Shown here piece by piece: positions 42,434-54,442 of a stretch of 64,000 nucleotides of DNA. The position numbers and the translations under genes are program-made. The number at the start of each line of letters is the position of its first letter. Positions within the stretch are counted from its first letter, which is position 1. Source of the DNA: Eledone cirrhosa (taxonomy: Eukaryota). The notes beneath the pieces were generated by a model that saw only the letters and a list, made by a program, of their open reading frames with translations, was not told the DNA's origin and made no database searches. The stretch is taken from NCBI GenBank assembly GCA_964016885.1, contig OZ024743.1, forward strand, positions 338,582,001 through 338,646,000. Direction: 5' to 3'.

Positions 42434-43472
42434 TGTTTGTTGTGGATGATCAGAAGGTTGTGTGTCTGTTTTACGGGGTCACCAGTCGTAACGGAATATT
42501 ATGTGTGATTATAACGACAAGTGGATGGATGGATGTAACTGTTGGTATGGTGGTTTCGGCGTAGAGAAAAATACCAGGAGTGTTGTTACAAAGTTTATTT
42601 TATTACAACAATATTCAATTTGAATATTGAATGATAAAATAATTGACACAAAATATTCATACAATAATTTGGTGGCTCTTCGAGCCACGTACATTCAAAT
42701 ATCACAGAATACGATTATAATATGTGTAAACAGAAATGAATGGTGCGTGTACAAATGCTGGACTCACTATGAATGCGTGTGTGCGGCGTATCAATATATT
42801 TACTTATTTGTATTGCAGGAGTCAGCGATCAGCCAGGAAGGTGAGAATAAATGGCAGACTGGTTTTTCGTGACGAGAGCCTGTAAAAACGTCTTGTCTGT
42901 ATCCACTTCTTTTCTGTTCTTGGCGTAAACAATCCCTGTCTTTATAAGAGTTGAAGTTAGAAGGATAGATATATCCTCTGAATTTTGGTTAGTCTCCCAA
43001 GGGATTAGTTTGCCAAGCGTAAACAAGTCAGAAAGATGGATATATCCTCTGACCTATTTTCTGTCAGGCGTAAACACCTCTCACCTGTGTTTAGCCTCTC
43101 CCAAGGGGTTAGTCTTTTGAGCGTAAACAAGTTACCACGGCTTGTCCCAGAGGCGGGAAAGCTCAGATTCGGTTTCGAATCTTCGCCGCCGTTATACACC
43201 CAACTTATAAGCTCACCTAGTAGGGAGCTGAAATAGAAATAAAAGGCAGAGTTAATAACTCATACTGATACCCTGTAATTAACAAGCTCAAAGTATAAAT
43301 ACTGATCATTTTAATAATATCTGTAGTTGTAAACACAGTAAATCGTGTGTCTAAAATATTATTAAAATATGTCAGATATTATTAAAATGCTCAGTATTTA
43401 TACTTTGAACTTGTTAATTACAGGGTATCAGTATGAGTTATTAACTCTACCTTTTATTTGTATATATATATT

Positions 43473-43635
<163 letters not shown>

Positions 43636-43739
43636 ATAAATGTATATATAATATAAATATAATATATATATATATATAATATATATATATATATATTATA
43701 TATATATATATATTATATATATATATATTATATAACTTT

Positions 43740-44293
43740 GAATAACTTTGAAATGTTTTGGCCAGTATTGGCCCAGGCCATGTCTAACTTAATAGCACCA
43801 CCTGGCGAAGTCTTTCAATTCAGGATTTGGGCACCATGGCCCATTCGAGAAGAGAATTACTGTTTGCGGAGACATATCCGGGTGTGGGTGGTTTGTCCGG
43901 GATTACTTGGAGGAATTTGTCCAAAGACTTCTTGAATTTTGTGTGGTCAGTTTCTGTTTTGACGTGTCCTGGTGTGATGTTGAAGAGAGCAGGGCCGATT
44001 GAGGTGAAATAATTGTGCCGTATTGTTGTTATGAGTTGCGATTTAGATTTTTGAATGGGACGGATAGCACGGGGCCCAAGCCTTGGGTGTATCTTGAAGG
44101 CGATGCCAACATCATTTTGGCAGTGATGATGGAACATTTTCCACATCATGCAGATAATATAACGCTCACGCAGATTTTTGAATGGGACGGTTAGCACGGG
44201 GCCCAAGCCTTGGGTGTATCTTGAAGGCGATGCCAACATCATTTGGGCAGTGATGATGGAACATTTTCCACATCATGCAGATAATATAACGCT

Positions 44294-44297
<4 letters not shown>
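43740..44297 (-). mobile_element. CR1-group LINE 3' fragment with about 120-bp tandem duplication
   Basis: RERYII..WK, GPALFN..P, FKKSLDKFL..IPD.P..PGY...SNSL. Short tandem 3' tail (caaagttatt). Confidence 0.75.
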
Positions 44298-44382
<85 letters not shown>

Positions 44383-44442
44383 TATATAATATATATATAT
44401 ATTATATATATAATATATATATATATATATTATATATATAAT

Positions 44443-44634
<192 letters not shown>

Positions 44635-44694
44635 ATTATATATATAATATATATATATATATATTATATATATAATATATATATATATTATATA

Positions 44695-44820
<126 letters not shown>

Positions 44821-44849
44821 TTATATATATATTATATATTATATATTTA

Positions 44850-45402
44850 TAAGTCGTTTGGAAGCCTCGAAAATGCAAATGGGTAAATCTCCGGGTAACA
44901 AGGTCCGGTGGTGGAGAGAGAGATATGTAAGTGGGTGTACGTTGAGATGCGTGGTGTGTATAAGATGTGTGAGATGTGTAGAATGAAGGGAAGAGTAAAA
45001 GAATAAAAATAATAATAACAACACAAGAGAGAGAGAGTTACCTTGGGAGAGATTTAATAGTCCCTATATATTTCGGATTCACATCCATCAACTGGGGTTT
45101 TTTTCCGGGGTGGGGGAAAAGGTTGTCTGTCGGACAACTCGGAACGCGTCTTTCGCTGTCTGTTGATTTGAATATCTGAGGTATTCGGCCGAGCGCGCGT
45201 GCGCGTGAAATGGGGTCGGTCGTACAGAGGTCAGCGGCCGAATGAGGGAGTGGGATGGCGCTAGCTGTCAGTCCATTCTCTGCCTGTTTGTTAAATGTTA
45301 CTGTGTGTGTGTGTGCGTGTGTTGTTGCCTTGTTCATCTGTATTGGCAGTGTAGTATGTTCGTATGGTGGAATGCTACTGTGTGTGTGTGTGCGTGTGTG
45401 TG

Positions 45403-45435
<33 letters not shown>

Positions 45436-47736
45436 AGTTGTCTCGTTTGCGTGTGTGTGTGTGTGTGCGTGTATTGTGTGTTGTTGCATCGCTTGTTAAC
45501 TTAAACCAGCCATTTCATTTCGCTTCTCTCTAATCGGTTGTTTATTTGCGGTTGCAGTTGTTTGATAAGAAGCGCTTCCTTAATACGTAACGTGCCGACG
45601 TTTCTTTCAGTCGCTAGAATTGTGACAATGGGCCTTCCGTCTTTGTTTCCGCATTTGTCTATGTGTTTCCGGAAAGATGAGGCCCTGGTTTTAATGTGTC
45701 CCCTGATCCGGATGTGCAAAGGTCGAATTGTGCTACCTATGTAGTATTGGTTGCACCTGTCACATTCTATCTTATACACGACGTATGCGCGTAGGCAACA
45801 GTTAGCATGGCGTATCGGGCAGTCTCTGAGGGAGCATGCGTCAGTAGATTTTTCGGGTTTTCTGGAGAGGCATCTTCGCAGGGAGGGGCCCGAGTGGGCC
45901 AGGTGGATGTCGAGGCCCTCCCTCCGTATAGCCTTGCGGATAGCGTTGGTGGTTTTCTCGCCCAGGTGTAGCATTTTAAGGAAGCACTTGCCTTGGGTGC
46001 TTCTCTGTCTCTTGCGTCTGGTGTCTCCTATTCTGTCTGTGATCGAGGTAGGGTACCCGTTCGTCTCCAACACCTCGAGGAATCTCTTGGTATGAGTGAC
46101 ACCACTCGCGGGATCGCTGCATTTGTTTTTGATTCGCGCGATCTCGTTCGTGATCTATCCTCTTTTGGCACTGTTAGGGAGGGCGGACTTGTAGTGAACG
46201 AATAGGTCCCTGCAGGCTGCCTTTCTGTAGAAGTTGCAGTGGATCCCTCCTTGTTCCGTGATGTTGATTCGGAAGTCGAGGAGGGCAAGTGACCCGTCTT
46301 CGTTGGGGTGTTCAACACTGAAGTCAATGTTCTCGTCCGTGTTGTTGAACGTCTCATAGATTCTGTTCGCCGTGTCTTGGGAAGATGTGAGGATGAGGAT
46401 ATCGTCCACGTATCTTGAGAAAAAGGCTACGGCGTTGGGGTGGCAAGCGTTGAGAGCCTTTCGTTCGAAGTTGTCCATGTAGGAGATCGCTAGCACACCT
46501 GATAGACTTGATCCCATGGGCAATCCCGAGGTTTGTTGGTATGTTTGGTCAAGGAATCCGAAGTAGGTGTTGTCGACGACGATGGATAGGAGTTGGTGGA
46601 TGTCAGTGGTGGTGAGCCCGAAGCAGTGTAGGTCGGTGGATTGGACGCGTTCCATTAGTATATTGACGGCCGGGAGTGCCGGGAGCGAGGTGTAGAGAGC
46701 GACTACATCAAGGCTGAAGGCATATCTGTTATTCTTTCTGGTGTCGGGATCCATTTGATGCAGGCGCTTCAACACCTCCTCGGAGCTGTTAACGTGTCCC
46801 GGCAAGGTGTCTAAGATGGGTTTGAGTATTCTGGCTAGGAGCCATGAAATTTTGTAGAGTGGTCCCTCCACGCTCGATACGATGGGCCTGATTTTCAGGA
46901 CGGGTCCCTGTTTGTGTGTTTTCACGAGGTGGTAGAAGGCGGGTAGTCTGCTGTTCCTCGTGAGGAGGTTGTATCTCAGCTTCTTCGGGAGCTTCCGCCG
47001 GTCGCAGATGTTGGTCCAGGCGGAGTTGATGTGTTCTTCTATCTGCGCGGGAGTGATTCCCGTGACCTTGGAGTAGAGGTTGTCATCGTCAAGGTGTTGG
47101 AGGGCCAGGGTGTTGTAGGCCTCTCTGCTGATGACGCAGAATTCTTTTCCCTTGTCGGAGGGGAGAAAGATGAGGTTCTTCGATTTTAGGTTGGAGAGTG
47201 TGGTGAGTTGAGATTTGGTGAGGTTATGTGTTGTGCGTGTGTGTGTGTGTTTGTGAAGTATATCCGAGATAGAGTGTTTAAGCCTGATGAGTTTGGTGTC
47301 GAGTTCGTGGTTGGTGGGTGGGGGGTGGAGTGGGTTGTCGGGGTGGGGGTGGGGTTGTGTCGGCGCTGTTATTATCTGTGGCGCTGTTGATAGCGGTCAC
47401 CCATTTAAGTTGGTAAGCGGCTCGACAAAAGTTGGCCTCGATGTTGAGTTTGAGTCTGTCGTCGAGACGTTGTGAGACGATGAACTTAGGTCCGAGGTGT
47501 AGGAGTTTCAGCTCGTCGCTCGTGAGAGTGCCGGTTAGGTCGGTGACCAGGTGTGTCGCATCATTGAGGTATGGCTCGGTGTTGGTGGTAGCGGCGGTGG
47601 CGGTTGTTAAGTTGTTGTTTTCCACGTGGTTCTGGTCCGTCTGTTCGTTAGTGTCGATGTTCTCGTTGTGGCGTTTCGACAAGATCCACTCATATTTTCG
47701 CTTGAGTCGTTTTTTCTCAAACTTCAACACTCTCAT
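44850..47736 (-). mobile_element. Penelope-like element, near-complete RT plus GIY-YIG, frameshifts near 47270 and 46150, flanked by (TA)n
   Basis: LGPKF, PSDKG, KTHK..RPIVS, SLDVVALYT, GLPMGS, RYVDD, LLD, VVYKIEC..C..YYIGST.R.L..RI. Confidence 0.93.
45062..45097 (-). ncRNA. Degenerate minimal hammerhead in PLE 3' end
   Basis: Minus strand: ccc-CAGTTGA-T-GGA tgtgaa TCC-GAAA-TATA-TA-ggg. Confidence 0.5.
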
Positions 47737-47966
47737 ATATTATATATATATATTATATATATTATATATTATATATATATATTATATATATATATATATT
47801 ATATATATATTATATATATATATATATTATATATATATATATATTATATATATATATATTATATACACATTTATATATTATATATACATTTATATACACA
47901 CACACACACACGCACACACATATATATATAGAGAGAGAGAGTGGGGGAGAGTGAGAGAGAGGGGGT

Positions 47967-48040
<74 letters not shown>

Positions 48041-48502
48041 AATATTCAAATAAAATATATATTAATTTGAGGAGGGACTCATGCATGATTTTTCTGAAAC
48101 CCAACTAATCTGAGAGAGAATTAATTTGAACGTTCGTTAGACGGAGCACGTTCACCAATGTTAGTTTCAAATAATAAATAAAAGAAATTAAATAAATAAA
48201 TATATTATTCCTTTCTCAATATATTTTCAACGTGAATATGTATGCTTTTGCATGACTTTATTTCATTTATTATTATTATTATTATTATTGAATGCCATGG
48301 TTGACGGAGGCTCGGCTCTGTAAGGTATAGTAATTGTTAACCGTTAAAACAATTGTAAATTGTTTAAAACTTGAACCAAATTGTTGATAAAGACACCCTC
48401 CTCCTCGTGAGAGGGGTCTTTCTGTCCGTTATTTGGCCCTTCGGGGTTAAATAACCAGTTATTGGGGTTTTGTACCCAATATTCATTTTAAACAAAAACA
48501 AC

Positions 48503-50604
48503 ATGGCTACGAAAAATAAATTTCATACGTCACTCCCACTCATTCCGTCTTCTTCTTCCTCAATCATCACTACAGCAGAGAGAAGATTGTCTCTCTCCCT
48601 CCCTTCTTTAAATGTGTCTCTCTCCCTCCCTTCTCTTTCGCAAGTGACGAAAGAAAAGAAAAGTCTCGTGCAAAGCGTGCAAGGTTTCTCCACGACGACG
48701 ACGACAGCGACGAAACAGGTGTGCGGGAAATACGAAAACCCAGTTCATTCGTCTGACGTCAGGAATAATAGCAGTAGCAGCCGTAATAACAACAGCAACA
48801 GTGACAATGAAAACAACAGTAGCAACCGCAACAGCATCACCAGCAGCATAAACAACAACAGCATTAGCAGCAGCAACACCAACAACAACCACAGCAACAG
48901 CGGCGGAGGCAGTAGTCGTAGTACCTGCAGCAACAACAAAAGTACCAGCAGCTCTGACGACAACAACAACAGCAGCAGCAGAGAAAAACCAATCTCATTT
49001 GCAGGTATTGCGAAAAACTTGGAAACAATCCTCATAACAAATGAGGAATTAGAGGAAGCGAAGAAGATGGTGACAAAGAATGGACACCGAGCAATCTGCA
49101 AGGCAGCGGAAAAATTTTTCGAAACCCAAGAGCACTGTACGGTCACGTACCGTACAGTAAGTAGAAAATCCCGTAGGGTGGGAAGAGCCACAGAGGCCCA
49201 AATACAAAAAGCCTTGGGGTCTGTGTGGCAGCGGAAAACGCACATCACCCGAGGCAAAAAATATGCCACCGTAGACGTACTTTTTGCCACACCCCAGGAG
49301 GCAAAGGCCCAATCAGTAGTGACCCTAAGGAGCGAGGAAATGGTGTTGGTGCCCTCCTACTGCGGGCAAAAATAATGAGGGTCAAACTGACCCACGTCCC
49401 CCCCGGAATGGCCCCTTCTTGGCTGGCCGCGTCTGTCCTCGTCAGAATCGAGGACAAAACAACTGTACTGCAAGTACAGAAAAAAGTAAGAGAAGATTGG
49501 GTAGGCACCTCCATTGAGATGCTAATCCAAACCAACCAGGAGTGCATCGAAGCTATCCCGGATGTGATAGACTTCGATAACGGCACTCAACTGCCCATAA
49601 GTGTTGAGGGCAAACGCCCGAAATGCTTTCGCTGTGGATCGAAGACTCACCTCAGGGCCTTCTGCAACGAGAAGACCCTGAGAAAGGAGAAAACCCCCCT
49701 CCTTCCGAATCCGGCTCCACGGCTACCAGCAACAGGACAAGCGGCAACCAGGAACGATAGGTCCGTGGCACCCATACCCACTCCACGGAAATCAAAAACA
49801 GCAGCAGCAGTGGAAATATTAACAACAACAACAGCAATACCAAATGCAGCTGCAACAGAGACTCCAGTGCAAACATCACCAACAACAACAAGTGAAAGAG
49901 TGGAGCTGGTACCCCTCCCCGACCTCACAGAATCAGACATGGAGTGTGAGGTGGGAGAGGGATGGCAAAAGGTCGTAAGAAGGCACAAACGCAGAAGCAG
50001 CGCATCGTCGCCTTTGAAAAGGGAGGAAAGAAATGAGAAAAGGGTAAAGTCTACTGCAAAGAGACCCACAGCAGCAACACCACCAACACCATCACCACCC
50101 ACACTAGCACCACCATCACCACCGGCGACAACCCCACCGCCAACAACACCTTCAACACCACCACCACAAGCACCAACATCGCAAACACAACAACAAAACA
50201 CACACACCCAGCAACAACGACAAGAAAATAGCAGAACCACACCCCTCCCCCAGAAAAACAAATGCACGGCAATAAATACACACAACAAGAAACTAATGAC
50301 TTACATAATTGAACACACAGACATTTCACAACAGGACTACATAATACCAGCACCAATCAAAACGCCAACTAACATAAGACTGCTAAAAATAGCACAGAAA
50401 CAATACACAAACATTAAAACGAAATTCCCCAACGCAGTTGGTGATTTCAGGGACCTAGGAGGAACCATCAATCGAAGAGTATATTCAGACATTCTCTTAG
50501 AAGAGCCGACGACCAGCCGAAGGGACGATTCAACGGTCCCTTCACCAGACGATCAAGTGAAAAGGGATGTAAAAACCATCCCTCCTCTACCAAAAGTACG
50601 GTAA
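48503..50604 (+). pseudogene. LINE ORF1 (N/S-rich region, CCHC knuckle, P/T-rich region), frameshift near 49370
   Basis: CFRCGSKTHLRAFC knuckle. Homologous to 60561-61568. Confidence 0.88.
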
Positions 50605-50639
50605 GTGGTCTTTCCCATCTTTTCCACTCTATTTTAAAC

Positions 50640-53600
50640 ATGACCTCACTCAGAATAGGCAGCATAAATGCGCGTGGCTTGGGGTCGTCATGGAAGCAGG
50701 GTCACCTGCTCAACGACCTCAGGTCACTAAACATAGATGTAGTGGCCATCAGCGAGACCAGAATCTCCGAAGCACGGGCCTTCGCACCGATCTTCGGCGG
50801 CTACGATGTGTACGCATCTCCCAACCGTCCTGGATCGGGTGGAGGAGTTGCTGTGCTTTTTCGGAGAGGTTTGGATCTCGACATACGGGCCATCTTCCTG
50901 GACCCAGAGGGTAAGCTGGTGGTGCTGGACGTGACAAGCGGAGACGGGCAAGCTTTCAGGCTAGTGGCCGTCTATGCCCCGACAGGAGCAGGGCGGCCTG
51001 ATTTCTTCCGGCGTCTGGAGACCTTTCTTGGAACGTCCCGCTCTTTAGTGTTAGTGGGCGACTGGAACGGGATCTTAGATGCACGCTGGGACTGTGTGGG
51101 ATTAGCGGATAGGGGTGGAGGGTGCAAGAGCCTCACCAACCTGCTCGGGCGTTTTGAACTGTCTGACAGGTACCGATTGGATTTCCCGAATGTGCCAATG
51201 TGGACTTGGACAAACCGTATAGGGTCATCCAGATCATATCTAGATAGAGTATTTTGTAGGGAAATAGATAGGTCTAGCATAGGCTGTCCACAATTCAAGA
51301 TAGTCAGCTACACGGACCACAAATTCGTGATCTGTGTGCTTGACTTAGATAGGCTTCATAGACGAGGACCCGGCTACTGGAAGCTAAACGCGTCCTTACC
51401 AGCGCGCAAGGCCTACAGAGACCGGATTAGCGAACTAGTTAAGCGGGTGTTGACGGGGGCCATCGTCAACAACAAGTGGTGTTTTGCTCTGAAAAGAGCG
51501 ATTAGAATAGAATCGATTAGGTTTAGTAAGGCTTTAGCAATAGAGAAAAATAGAGCAGAGGGAGAACTAGTTAGAAAATTAGACGAGGCGCTTAGCAAAG
51601 GCATTGCGACCGACGTGCTTGCGGCGAAATTGGCCCTTGACCAATTCTTCAATGCAAAGCACGAAGGCTGCGTTGTCAGAGCAAGGGTGCGTGCTCTCAG
51701 ACACGAGGGGACGAAAGCCGTTTAATGGGCCCGAGTGGCGGAGGCGCGTCGTGGCAACAAAGCCACGATCCGGTCTTTGGTGGACCACGACGGGCGCATG
51801 CTACTCGATCCCGGGCAAATGTGTGAAGCTTTTCAGCAACACTTCGCTCAGCTGTTCGGGGGCAGCGGTGGGCCGGGTCGAGGGATGGATTTTAGTGTCT
51901 ACCTCGACGGACTGCCGCGGCTCTCGGCCACTGAGGCGAAGTGTTGCGAAAAGCCGATAACAGCCGCTGAAGTAAGGGAGGCAATGACTGGCTGCACAAG
52001 GGATAAATCGCCTGGTTTGGATGGTCTGCCCTATGAACTTTACGTACAGATGCCAGACTTGTTCGGAGGCCTCTTGGCGGACGTCTACTGCAACTGGCAA
52101 CAGAACGGGAGAATTGCCAGTTCTGTGAGCCGAGGAGCGGTGGCACTGCTGAGAAAGGATCCGAACAAGGGGGATAACATAGAAAATTTCCGGCCCATAA
52201 CTCTGCTAAACACAGAGTTTAAGATTTTGGCCAAGGTGCTAGCAAAGAGGTTGGCGCTTGTCGTTGGTGGTCTGGTGGGAGAGGCGCAGACATGCGCCAT
52301 TCCCGACAGATCCATCCACGACAACCTCCACCTCATGCGATACATCGTAGAGAGGGTAGCTAGGGAACCTGGCACGGGTGGGTCCTTGATCAATTTAGAA
52401 CAGTCGAAAGCTTTCGATAGGGTCGACCATCGTTACCTAGCGGCAGTCCTGAGGGCGGCTGGCTTTGGGCCCGTCTTCAGAGGTAGGATCGCTGCCATGC
52501 ACAGCGACATCTGCTCTGTGGTGAGAGTGAACGGTCACCTGTCGGAACCGTTCAACATCATGCGCTCGGTCCGCCAAGGATGTCCCCTCTCGTCCCTCTT
52601 GTACGTATGGACTCTCGAGCCATTACTGCACAAACTGGAGACGTTGAGGGGCGTCCCGCGCGAACTAGGATGCGGAAGATCCGTGTCAGCATATGCGGAC
52701 GATGTCACCGTAGTGGTGTCGAACGCCAAACACATCGAGGCGATCGGCACTACACTAAGAGAATACGAAGCGGTGACAGGAGCAATGATCAACCAGGAAA
52801 AGTCAGTGGGCCTGCAGCTCGGCACCTGGAGAGGCAGGTCCATGCCGTCCAACAGCGTCGTCGGACGCTGGACGGACGGACCGGTTAAATTGCTAGGGGT
52901 CTGGTTCGGTCCGGACCTCCAGACGGACAAAAACTGAGACGAGGTGACGAGCAGGGTGGCTTCTCTCACCCAGAAATGGGCGGAGAGGAAGCTATCCCTG
53001 AAAGGTCGAGCGGAGGTGACTAACGCGTACATCGCGTCTGTCATCTGCTACCGCCTGACCGTCGTACCTTGTCCTAAGCCTCGCCTGACTGCGCTGGAGC
53101 GTTTGCTCTTTCGCTTTTTGTGGAAGGGACGCGCTCCGATGGTCAGGCGGTCCATCTGTTGTCAACACCCGCTACGTGGAGGGCTGGGCATGCCGTGGCT
53201 GATGATGCGCAGGCACGCGCTCAGGCTACGACATCTCCACCTCTTCCTCGACGGTGATCAGGTGTGGTCGCCGTTTGCTAGGCGCGTATTTCCCCAGCTC
53301 GTTTCCTTGACGGAGCTGCAGTCCTGGGTCAAGCGAAGACCGAGAGGGAGCGCCTGGAGACTGGAATGTCTTCAGGCGCTCACAGCCTTCGACCAATCGG
53401 GCAATGTGATCGGTGGAAACTCCACCTCGGCGTTCTACAGAGGATTAGTGGAGGGTAAGAGCGACGACGTACTTGGGGAAACTCTAGGCGTCGACGAAAA
53501 TCAACTAGCCAATCTCTTCGGAAGAACTTTCGGGCCAGGGCCTATGGACAACTTCCAGAAATCTCTGGCATGGCAGTGCTACCGAGGAGCCTTGCCAGTT

Positions 53601-54059
53601 CGGGATAAACTCTACAGGCATGGAGGTGCCGTCAGCCGGGCATGTCCGAGATGCGCGCAGGGCGACGAAACCGTCCTGCACGCACTCGTCCAGTGTCCGA
53701 AAATTGCTGACTTGTGGGTTTATGTCGAACACCTGCTGTCGCGTTTAGGACGGATCCGGCTATCATCTGAGTCCATCGTGAGGATTGCCCCGCCCTCCTC
53801 CTTTAGCCGGGAAGGGCAGGCAGTTTTTATCTGCCTGGTGGCCATGGCGAAAGAGATAGTATGGTGGACACGTTTGAAAGGGCTGAAGACGAGCACTTAC
53901 CTCTTCGGTGATGCTCTGATTGACTTTTTCAAATTTCATTTGAAAAGGAAAATCAGAGTAGAGAGGGAAGTGCTCTCTTCCCAGCATTTTGTTGAAAGAT
54001 GGGTGAGAGAAGCAAGAATGGCCCGAGTGAATGGGCCTACTCTGAGTATATATCTGTAA
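50640..54059 (+). pseudogene. LINE ORF2 (APE endonuclease, RT, zinc finger), two in-frame stops (51723, 52935)
   Basis: SINARG, ISET, VYAP, GDWN, YLDR, TDH; KSPGLDG, FRPITLLN, RQGCPLS, YADD; CPRC..H...C. Confidence 0.95.
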
Positions 54060-54318
54060 ATTAAAGGTGGAAAACTGGGAGAGGGCACTTGCCTTGGTGG
54101 TCAGGGTCATTGTGGCTTTTTACTGGGCTTTCTCCACAAATGTCCCTCCGAAGTCTCCCCCCTATTGGGGAATTTTTCATTGTTATTTTCATTGTTATTT
54201 TTGTTACATCCTCTGTTTTTGTTTTTTACACGCAGAAATGCCCATTTGTACCGTCCTGCATTGTCCTGCACTGTCCTTAATGTCTACTTTATGTAAACCC
54301 TTGTGGTTAATAAAGAAA

Positions 54319-54356
<38 letters not shown>

Positions 54357-54442
54357 GTTATTGTTATTCCTTGAATCTCAGTCATTGATGTTGGTTAACT
54401 GGAAAGTCCGTTGGATTGAATATCAAGCCACTACCTGCAGCC

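Larger units (their letters stand above)
37336..43196 (-). mobile_element. Full-length Ty3/Gypsy LTR retrotransposon (inactivated)
   Basis: Near-identical LTRs at 37336-38044 and 42487-43196, TSD CACC, PBS TGGTGACCCCGT at 42473-42484 (tRNA-Trp-like), gene order gag-PR-RT-RH-IN. Confidence 0.97.
48291..54320 (+). mobile_element. Full-length Tx1/L1-clade LINE in (TTA)n
   Basis: 5' UTR, ORF1, ORF2 and a 3' UTR ending GTGGTTAATAAAGAAATC. (TTA)n at 48267-48290 and 54321-54368. Confidence 0.95.

Noticed and set aside
48391-48425. HDV-like ribozyme (CTCCTCGT loop) in the Tx1 5' UTR
   Set aside because: P1, P1.1 GG and P2 could not be assembled; it fits a simple hairpin.
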